DNA of 64,000 nt from Leucoraja ocellata (taxonomy: Eukaryota), in NCBI GenBank assembly GCA_036785375.1, contig JAWMAR010000070.1:3968001-4032000 (forward strand). Reading direction: 5' to 3'. Positions 10,643-21,600 of the stretch are shown here, piece by piece. How positions within the stretch are numbered: the first letter of the stretch is position 1; every line of letters begins with the position of its first letter. Below the pieces are notes generated by a model. That model did no database searches, was not told where the DNA came from, and saw nothing but the letters and a program-made list of their open reading frames with translations. The position numbers were made by a program, and so were the translations under genes.

Positions 10643-12520
10643 TAGAGGAAAGTCTATTCTTGTGCAGAACAAAATTGGCGAGTTGCAGCTTGCAAAGCGC
10701 GGGGTGTGAAACTGCAAATACATTGTGTTGCTTTCCTTAGTCTGACTCGTGACTGTAGCCCCGCCCATGAAAGAACTATGAAGGATGTTGTTTGCGAATA
10801 CAAAATGGTGACCTGCAATAACACAGTAACCGCCATAAAGTTCGGAAAGATTCAAAGATTGCTGAAATGTCCCACTGACAAAGATTCTCCACACAATAAG
10901 CGGGGAGACGCGGAAATGAGACCAGAGACTGCTGTGAACTCACAAACCCCCAGGTCAGGGATACCAGAGGGGTGTTGAATAGCCAGAGTTACTTGCAGAT
11001 TCTGTGGTCACATTGATGCTGCCTGGCCCGTTCAAATTGAGCTTGTTAATGGTCTAATGGGAGGAATGATCTTGAGTTGGATCATTTCCCCACTGCAGGA
11101 CATCCCAAAGTGCCTCTCAGATAATGAGAGATAAATGGTCTGAGATGCCACAGATATACACAAAATACTGGAGCAACTCCGCGGGAAGGGCGGCGTCACT
11201 CGAGGGAAAGAACGGGTGACATTTCGGGTCGATGCCACTGTTGTGTTTAGCGGTGGGTGCTGACTTGCAATGTACTTGAATCTAATATGATCAAACAGTC
11301 ACTTCTCCATTTATACTGAATTGTTCTGCAGTGCTGACACTTTGCTCGCGCTGCTGAAACAAGAGTGTGTAGATTCGTATCTCTGAACCGCATCTTGCGA
11401 GCAGCTCGGTGTAACACTGTTTGCTGAGCAGTGTTTGCAGAAGTCATGGGTCAAAGGCGAATGAAGACAGGATTAAATTGTGTTGCTGCATCGTCGGTTC
11501 CTCTCTGCAGTGTTTTAGTTGGGCAAGTAAACAGGATATAAATCCCAACAAAAGATCATTTACTGAGGGTCGCCAGCGCTCAGCTAACATCAGTGGCGGA
11601 CACATCAGTGTGTTACACCTATACCACGTGATACACAACAATGCCACTGACGGACACAGCCCGAATAAACTGTACTGTTCCCTGAAAGTAACACATCCAG
11701 AACGATAGCCCGCAGCAGATATTAAGTCATATTATAATGCAACTAGTTGCCTACAGAATGAAATCGTTGCAAGCAGATGTACAAAATCAACCAATAGAAT
11801 GCACATGACCACAACTCGGATAATTTATTAGCACTTGTGAAGAAGACAAGGTAACAATTCAATTAACCGTGCATATTCTACCTTGCTTTAACTTCACTCA
11901 GTGTATCACTTCAGTAATATGCCAAAACAAAAGTTCCATGTTTTTGGCCTGCCGGTCCATCATCAAGAGGGAATGATCCGGAAGTGTACACATCTTAGGC
12001 GTTTTTACTCTTCTTTTTTTTGTTTTTTTTGTTTATTTTATTAGAAGTTAATACAGTACAAAACAGTACAGTGGAACCTAATTTTTACTCTTCTAAATGT
12101 CATATTTTATACAACGTATCATTGTTTACATGGTCCCGACCCGAAACGTCATCTATCCATTTTCTCCAGAGGTGTTGACTGTCAATATTTCCACCACAGT
12201 TCAGTGTTAACAGACTCTGAGTACAGACATAACCGCCGCTCCATCCTTACCGATATATCACACTTGACGAAGTGGCTGAAGCAGCTGCAATAACAACATG
12301 GAGCGGGCACTTGGCCAGGTTCATGGATAGGGAAGGTTTGGGGAGATATGGGTCGAGCGTGGGCAAATTTGACTAACTTAGATGAGCATATTGGTCTAAC
12401 GAGTTGGGGAGATGGGCCTGTTTCCGAGACGTATGACTCTGTGATCATCTGACCCAACCATTTGCTAAATATAAACCTGAGCTTTTCACACTACATCGTG
12501 TCGAGCTGCTGCTGGCTCGC

Positions 12521-12545
12521 TGTGGTTCACGATCTGACGTCCTGT
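12521..12545 (+). promoter_or_regulatory. Putative proximal promoter: RUNX-type TGTGGTT plus adjacent ETS-type site (ACTTCCTG in C 30988-30995 and D 54203-54210; ACGTCCTG here)
   Basis: Motif match ~105-125 bp upstream of each leader ATG; a further CCGGAAGT at 11978, 30403 and 53613. Confidence 0.4.
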
Positions 12546-12647
12546 TCCCTTCTAAGTCATTGCTATTTGAGAGACGCGGTTGTCTCTGAGAGCTCAGAGC
12601 TGAGCGACAGACATACAAGTGCTGGCCTTGTCACTGTGGATAAAACA

Positions 12648-12684
12648 ATGTGGATTCCCATTCTTCTCATCTCCTCGCTGCCGG
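12648..12684 (+). CDS. Gene B, leader exon (MWIPILLISSLP)
   Basis: ACAATG start, hydrophobic peptide, CCGG|gtgagt phase-1 donor; next exon completes the signal peptide (VSGA). Confidence 0.8.
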
Positions 12685-15600
12685 GTGAGTGAAAGTCAGA
12701 TCCTGATATTCCAATGATCAATGTTAGTTGGGGTCCCGTGCACCCTTTCTACGACACAGATGGTTAAGTGTGTGTAGACATGTAATGGGCGAGATGGAAC
12801 TCAGTGCATTGTGGTGATGGATTTGAAATCACATTTGAATATCTAGACAATGTTCGTAGTTTAACCACCGTTAACACGAGGTCTAATTGTATCCTGATGG
12901 TAGTTTATCGGCATAAAATAGCGAATGCATTTGGAGCAGATACTCCAAGACACCTGGACCGAAGGACAGAGGTTCCAACATCACCAGGAAGTTAATTCTA
13001 CACTAACAAAATGTGTTTACAACAGAGGTGGAAGTCAGGATTGTGGTCTCATTGTGTCAGTTCAAATATTCCCTGCATTTGTCCATCTCAACTCTGTCGC
13101 AAACCCAACAATTCCCCGGAGTCTGAGACTGAACCACTGTCCTCGCTCTATCCACCCACTCCCAACTCTCTCTCCATCCGCTCTCGGATCCGCGGCCCAG
13201 TCGTGCTGAAATCCAAGTTCAGTTTATTGTCACGTGTACCGAGGTACAGAGAAAAGCTTTATGTTGCATGCTAACCTGCCAGATACATGATTACAATCGA
13301 TCATCTTACATACATGAATGGGAAATAAAGTTTAGTGTAAGGTAAGGCCAGCAAAGTCCGATCAAGGATAGTCCGAGGGTCACCAAAGAGGTAGATAGTT
13401 CAGCACTGCTCTCTGGTTATGGGAGGGTGATTCCGATGTCTGATAACAGCTGGGAAGAAACATTCCCCGAATCTGGCGGTGTGCGTTGTCACGCTACTAC
13501 GCTCTCCGTTAATGGACCCGCTTTATTGTAACTCGTCCTCTGTCCTCAGTCAGGGCGTTGGAAAGCATTGGCGGCGGTGAATGTCTAAACACGGGTCGGC
13601 TCTCCGCGTCCGGGTGGGACTCGAGAAGGACCAGGCGCTGTCCACGGGCACCTGGGGGATTTCCGGGACATCTGGGCACCGCCTGTGGTTGAATGCACCC
13701 TTGACAAGTATTGTAACATCGTTGTATAGTAGTTTATTTAGTATATTTGTTTGTCTTGTATTATGGTGCTGGGTTCTTGTTTTATTGTAGTGTAAATATT
13801 ATTTTTATTAATTGAATAAATTATTTGATAATTTTAAAAAACACGGATCCGGCCCAGTGTCGGTTGAGAGATGAATGTTGGCAGCGTAGCCGGCGGCACC
13901 GCCAATTAAATAGCAAAGTGGGGTCTTTCTGTGAGGTGAGAGGCCGGGCACCGCCTGGGATTGTTGAAAGGCAGCTCCTGCAACACTGCCGCGCTCCCTC
14001 AGTACCGCACTGCGATCCCAGCCCAGTGTCTGCTCAGGGATCTGGAGTGGGAAGTGAACCCAAATTGTACTGACCCGGGGACAGAACACTGACACAACTG
14101 GTACAGTAACAGCACTGCCTGCAATTCAGACCGGAGACATTGGCCGTGAAGCAATATGACACATCATGGAANNNNNNNNNNNNNNNNNNNNNNNNNNNNN
14201 NNNNNNNNNNNNNNNNNNNNNNNNNNNNNNNNNNNNNNNNNNNNNNNNNNNNNNNNNNNNNNNNNNNNNNNNNNNNNNNNNNNNNNNNNNNNNNNNNNNN
14301 NNNNNNNNNNNNNNNNNNNNNNNNNNNNNNNNNNNNNNNNNNNNNNGCATTTTATTTGCTGGCGCCTTTCTGGACACCCAAGGACACCTTACAGGACATA
14401 AAATCACAATACAATTATCAATATTAAAATCAAGTTGCCAAAAAACAAAAAACAAAAAAAAACACAAAATATTTTAACTCATTAAAATCAGGGTGAACAT
14501 GGTGGAAGTTATGTCGGGTATGCTAATCTAAACAGGTGTGTTTTGAGTTGTGATTTGAATTGATCGATAGTGTCCAGGTGACGGATGGGAGGTGGGAGAG
14601 TGTTCCAGAGACGTGGAGCAGAGCAGCCAAAGGCTCTGGCAACCATTGTGCTGAGTCTTAATGTGAGGACAGTTAAAATTGCAGCTGAGGAGGAACGAAG
14701 TGACCGGGAAGGAGTGTATGGTGGCAGCAGGTCAGAGAGGTATTGGGGAGCAAGGTGCGGTAGGGCTTTGAAGATCAGCATTAAATTCTTGTAGTTAATC
14801 CGGTGGTGCACAGGGAGCCAGTGGAGCTGAGTGAGGATGGGTGTGATGTGGTCCGATGATCTGGTGCGGGTGATGATCCGGGCTGCAGAGTTCTGAATGC
14901 ATTGGAGGCGATGAAGTCGTTTATATGAAGAAGTAATCTTCAAAATGTATCTATTTCCATTAAACAGTTCATTTTCTCTCCAGCTGAAAGTTTCTCCCCT
15001 CAGTTTCAGGTGCACTGTGGGCAAAGAGGAATGTAAGAGGAGTTGTGGGAAGAGCGATCACAATCGATTGTTACTATGCAGCAGAGTACCGCTCACACAC
15101 AAAATACTGGTGCCGTGGGAGGAGTCTCCAATGTACAGTGTTGGTGGAAACAAATGAGCAACACGGACGGAATGGAAGATTGTCAATCACAGATAACCCG
15201 GCACGAGGAATATTTACTGTGACTGTGGACGATCTTCAGGATGGAGATACAGGATGGTACAGATGTGGAATTACAACATCTGCCGTCCATCCAATATTTA
15301 ACGTTCATCTCGAAGTATCTGACGGTACGTTTCGCAGCGATTGATTGACGTCTCCAGCAGAAAGACAATACAGGATTACAATCGATTATCCTACAGTGCA
15401 TAGATACATGAAAATTAAATAACGTTTAGTGTAAGGTAAAGGCAGCAAAGTCCGATCAAGGGTGGTCCGAGGGTCGTCAAAGAGGTAGATGGGAGTTCAG
15501 GACAGATCTCTGGGCGTGGTAGGATGATTCAGATGCCTGATAACTGCTGTGAAGAAATTGTCACCGCCAATGAAATAGCAAAGTGGGGTCTTTCTGTGAG

Positions 15601-18600
15601 GTGAGAGGCCGGGCACCGCCTGGGATTGTTGAAAGGCAGCTCCTGCAACACTGCCGCGCTCCCTCAGTACCGCACTGCGATCCCAGCCCAGTTTCTGCTC
15701 AGGGATCTGGAGTGGGAAGTGAACCCAAATTGTACTGACCCGGGGACAGAACACTGACACAACTGGTACAATAACAGCACTGCCTGCACTTCAGACAGGA
15801 GACATTGGCCGTGAAGCAATATGACACATCATGGAACTATTTAAGTTTTCTTTCATGTAATCTTCAAAATGTATCTATTTCCACTAAACTGTTCATTTGC
15901 TCTCCATCTGAAAGTTTCTCCCCTTCAGTTTCAGGTGCAGTGTGGGGAGAGATGTATGTAAGAGGAGTTGTGGGAAGTGCGATTGCAATCGATTGTCACT
16001 ATGCAGCAGAGTACCGCTTACACACAAAATACTGGTGCCGTGTGCAGAATCGCCAATGTACAGATATGGTGGAAACAATTGGGCTACGCGGAAGGAGTGG
16101 AAGAATGTCAATCACAGATAACCGGGCACGAGGAATATTTACTGTGACTGTGGAGGATCTTCTCTCTGGCGATACAGGCTGGTACAGATGTGGAATTGCA
16201 ACATCTAACGGCCGCCCAATGTTTAGCGTAGAACTCGTTGTATCTGACGGTACGTCTCGCAGCGATTGACTTGTCGTCTCCACTGACTCGCCACTTCCCG
16301 CCATTCTGAAAAGGACCCGTTCACTCCTACTCTTTGCTTCCTGTCTGCCAACCAATTTCCTATCCACGTCAACACCCTTCCATGCGCTCTCAATTTAGTC
16401 ACCAGTCTGCCGTGCGAAACCTTATCAAAGGATTTCTTGAAGTCTAGACGACATTCACTGGCTCACCTTCGTCCATTTTACTTGCCACCTCCTCAAAAAA
16501 TTCCAGAAGATTAGTCAGGCATGACTTTCCTTTCATAAATCCATGCTGACTTGGACTAATTATTTTACTGGTATCCAAATGCCCCATTATTACCTCTTTA
16601 ATAATTGACTCCGGCATCTTTCCCGACACCGAAGTCAGGCTAACTGGTCTGTAATTTCCCGTTTTCTCTCTTGCTCCTTTCTTGAAAAGTGGGATTTAAC
16701 TTCACTTTCACTTCACTTTTCACTCAGCGCATTTCCCTTCCTCTGATCTGTATGAAATGTCACCCGTCAGAAGTTTGCATTCAGACTCAAACTAATAATC
16801 CCACAGTGAGAAACAAGTGTTGCTCGCGGCCTGAATACCCGGAAAGTTAAAAAAAATATCAGTCCTCCCGGTGCAGTTCATACCGCTTCCCGCTCCCACC
16901 TCAGCGATCAGTCATTCCCTCCCCATCCCGCGCTCTCGCTCTCTCTCTCCCTCTGCCCTGTCAATGGGCCCCCAACCCCAACAGCCACTGTCCACCCACC
17001 GCCCGGCAGCCAGCCAGCCTCTCCACCCGGACATTTCCCCGGTGGTAAGCAGAATAAACTCATCTTTCACCCCATCAGCCGTCGCACACAACATATAATC
17101 CTCCAACATTTTCGCCACCTCCAACGGGATCCCATAACCAGATAACTAGCCACACCTTTCCATCTCCACCGCTTTACGAAGACACCGTTCCCTCCGTAAC
17201 TCCCTGGTCAACTGGTCCATCTGAAAGTTTCTCCCCTCACTTTCAGATGCAGTGTGGGCTGAGACGGATGTAAGAGGAGTTGTGGGAAGAGCGATCACAA
17301 TCGATTGTCACTATGCAGCAGCGTACAGCTCATACACAAAATACTGGTGTCGTGGGAGGAATCACCCGTGTACAGTTTTAGTGGAAGCAAATGGGCAACA
17401 CGTACGTAGTGGAAGAGTATCAATCACAGATATACCGGCACTAAGAATATTTGTTGTGACTGTGGAGGATCTTCACTCTGGAGATACAGGATGGTACAGC
17501 TGTGGAATTACAACATCTGGCGACCGTCCAATATTTAACGTACTTCTCCAAGTATCTGACGGTACGTTTCGCAGCGATTGACTTGACGTCTCCACTGAAA
17601 TACCTAATCTATGTTCTCTCCGGGAAGGGTCAGTGCAGCACCGATATCCCGAGGCTCCGCAGCAGTGCAGAGACCTGCGGGGAACGGGCGGGGGTCGGGA
17701 AACCCCACTCATGTTGCTCTCACCCAGTGCGGGCTCTGTTCCACTGAGCGGCCACCCACGTCAAGTGGGATGCTCAGCACATTTCCCTGCGTCTGAACTG
17801 TATGAAATGTCACCATGTCAGAGGTTTGTATTCCGACTCAAACTAATAATCCGACAGACTCCGCAACTCCCTGGTCAACTCGTCCTTTCCCACCCCGTCC
17901 CCAGATACCTTCCCCTACAACTGCAGGATATGCAACACCAGTCCCTATATATCTCCCCCTTTACTCCGTCCAAGGCTCCAACAGTATTTCCGGGTGAGTC
18001 AGAGGTTCACTTGCATCTCTTCTAACCTCATCTACTATATCCGCTGTTCCAGGTGTGAACAAGCGGATACAGTAGATGGGAGACCCAACGCAGGCTCGGC
18101 GATCGCTGAACAATTCCGCACAGTGTTCCTCGGCCTACGCTACATCACGATTGCAAAACACCTTCATTCCCCCTCCCATTCCCAAACTGATCTTTCTGTC
18201 CCGGACCTCCACCCCTGCATCCCAACATATGTTCTGAGGGACAACATTTTCCACACATTGGGTGATATGTATATGGAACCTGCTGCCAGGGGAATGTGTT
18301 AAGGCAGTTAGAATAGCAGCATTTAAAATATTTTTTTGATATTTGCGTAGATTGGGATCATTGCGAGTGATAAAGGTAGAACGTGAACATATGGAAATGG
18401 CCTAGAAAGACATGTTGGTCGGCATGAATGAGCTGTTGTGATGGGCATTTTCGGTTCTCTATAACACTAACCTTCTTCGGTTTTTGGGCTTCGCACACTC
18501 ACAGAGATGTAGATGAGCCGGTGAGATATCAACCGGACGGTTCGGGCTGAGATAAAGGGCTGCTGAGATTTAGCACGTGTTTGGTTTTTAACTGTTCATA

Positions 18601-21600
18601 CAGGTGACTGAATGTTTGCTCCATTCCCACAGAACCCATGTCTGCTCCTGTGCTCAGATATCTGTCACCAGCAAATGCCTCACGTCTCGGAGGCTCAGTG
18701 TCAGTGTCGTGTGAGTCTGTCCGTGGATCCCTTCCCATCCATTACACATGGTTTGAGAAGAACGAGGATGGGTGTTCAACGACCTTGTCTGGCAATCAAC
18801 TGGATCTGAGTTGTGAAATCCTCGAAGGTCAACACCGTCAATATTACTGCAGAGCCTCAAATAATCGTGGGACAAAATCCAGTGAAATACTCAACGTGAA
18901 AGTCTTCAAAGGAGCAGGAACGTGCAGTTATGTGACAGAAATGAACAATGCAGGTGAGTGTTCTTCTCGTGTCCCTGAACCTGCTGCTATTCATTCACCT
19001 TGTGGTGATGTTCATGGATTTTTTGTTATTTGCAGACGGCATCATTGCAGCCTCCGGGAGCTCATGGTGTAAAATGCGAGTTTGTTTGGGGGACTGGTAA
19101 ATGATTGCCTGTTGCTTTCACCTGGGAGGTGTTGAGAAATGTCAGCAAATGAGAGAAATACCTGCGGGTTGAGTGCATTCCATCAACATTATTTTCTGGC
19201 TGCCGCACTTTGAGACGGAGAAAGAAACCAAATTCATTCTGTTTGGATCCATCATCAGTTATAACCAAGGATGTAAAATTTCATGATCATGTTCATGATT
19301 TTAACTCTGTTAATTTGTGTTAAACTCCAGTAATCTCACAAAATGAAATTGGAATCTACTTGGCCGTCACTCCATCAAGTATAACCCTTACTTTTGTCAA
19401 AGATAATTTTGAAAAAAACTTCCCTGTAGGTGTGGAGACGCTCATATTGGAAGTCCAGAAGAGGGTGTGAATGGTTTACATCAGCGAGACCAATTTTATA
19501 CAAGGCCAGTTCTTAATAAACTATTACAGTGTCATTCGCCCTTGAGTCTTTATTACAAGATTTAATTCACCCTCCACTATATGTTCTTATGTTCTTTTGG
19601 TTATTATCATCTTATTTTTCCTTGTGCATAATTTTTATAGATAATTGATTTTGTCGCATGAGCAAAAAACATAAATTAACTAATTTACGCCAAAATAATT
19701 TCATTCGCCTTGGGTGAACCATTCATCAGTTTAAGAAGCACTGGCCTAGGCTACAATTTCGCCGAACACTTATGTTTGGTTTGTCATGGCCCAGAATCGC
19801 GCATGATAGACACCCCATCCTCAACCTCGTCCGCTAATGCAGAGCAGCAGCAGTTTGCACCATCTGCACGATGCACTGCAGTAACTCACCAAGACTCCCT
19901 AGACAGCGCCTTCCAATTGCAAGAGGCTCCGTGTTCAATGCATCATTCTTCACCATTCACACCCACATTGGCTGGGAAGCGCTTTGGAACGACCTGTGCA
20001 GGTGGTGAGGGCCGGTGTACAGTATCTGTCTCTCATCGCAATCTAGGTGGAATTCAACACAGCTAAGAAAATGAGTCGGCGGACTCCCTTGTATACTAGA
20101 ATGTGTATGTTTGTGAAAGGCTAATTTTGCTCTTCAATTTATGAAAGTTGTTTCCTTCAGTTTCAGGTGCACTGTGGGCAGAGAGCGAAGTGCGAGGGGT
20201 TGTGGGAAGAGCGATCTCAATCGATTGTCACTATGCAGCAGCGTACCGCTCACACACAAAATACTGGTGCCGTGAGACAAGTCGCCAGTGTCCACATGTA
20301 GTGGAAACAAATGGGAAACATGGACAGAGCGGAAGAGTGTCAATCACAGTTAACCCGGCACGAGGAATATTTACTGTGACTGTGGAGGATCTTCACTCTG
20401 GAGATACAGGATGGTACAGATGTGGAATTACTACACCTGGCGAACCAACATTTAAAGTATATCTCCAAGTATCTGAAGGTAGGTTTCTCAGTGAGTGACT
20501 TGATGTCTCCACTTTGGCAACGGGCAAAACATGTGTTAGGTGGGAGTCTGGTGCACAGTTCTGGTCGCCGCTTTATAAAACAAAGGATGTGAAAGGTTTG
20601 TAGAGTTTACAGAAACATGTTCACCCGGATATTTAGTAATAGTGTACAAATGTAACATTGAAACTGATCCTGTGGCCCACAGAGTCCTCACCAACTAGCG
20701 ATCACCGGTCACACTAGTTCTATGTTATTCCACTTCCCCATTCGCTCCCTGCACACAATTCTACAATACCGCCATTCACACACCTCATTAGTGCAACAGT
20801 ATCACTATCAACTATTTTATGCAAGGAAATTAAAAAGTTGTTGATAGTGATTCTGTTGCACTAATGAGGTGCATGACTGGCGGTATTTGAAGTGTTTGAA
20901 TGTTGATATTGTAGAATTGTGGCAGAGGTTTAGATTAAAACATATTAACGGCAGATGCTGGAATTGTAAAACAAAGAGAGATGGTGCTGCTGTGTCCTGG
21001 CACAGTGGCAGACATGGTAGTTCTGGCAGCTGGGAGGATGGAGAGGCACAGAGATAATTAAATCTGGTAAATCGTGTGGAGAATGAGCAGGGAAGACTTA
21101 CAAGGATGTTGCGATGACTTGAGGGCCTGGCATACAGGGAGGGGTTGAGCAGATTGGGGCTTTATTTCTTGGAGCGCAGCAGGATGTGGGTTGATCTGAT
21201 GGCAGGTAAAACATTATGCGAGGAATAGATCGAGTAAATACACAGAGTCTTTTACTCAGAGTAGGGGAATCCAGAACCGGAGGACATATGTTTAATATGA
21301 GGGGGGAATGATTTAACAAGAACCTAGGGAGTAATGTTTTTACATAAAGGTTGGTAGGTACATGACATGAACTGCCGACAGAAGTAGTTGTGGCAGGTAC
21401 TATCGTAACATTTAAGAAAATATTGGACAGTTATATGAATATGATATGTTTAGAGGATTAAGGGCCAAGAAAGGGCAGGTGGAACTAGTGCAAATTGGGC
21501 GTGTTGGTCAGCGCGGGCAAGTTAGACCGAAGGGCCTGTTTCTACGCTGCATGACTCTATGACTCTATGTAGATGGATGGGTTAGATTCCAACTTGGCGT

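Noticed and set aside
10650-11950. Short ORFs repeated in each intergenic spacer
   Set aside because: Frames are broken by indels between copies; no splice or domain support.
15004-17561. V exons as rearranging Ig/TCR V segments (CACAGTG at 16802)
   Set aside because: Each exon encodes a whole domain through the G strand and ends in a splice donor. The heptamer is ~550 bp from V2 with no nonamer at 12 or 23 bp. No D or J segments are visible.
19710-20066. ~118-aa ORF recurring between C and V4 exons (possible phase 1-1 exon 19750-20004)
   Set aside because: Purine-rich weak acceptor. The AG is missing and the frame shifted in copy A. No recognisable domain. Recurrence is expected among near-identical young duplicates.
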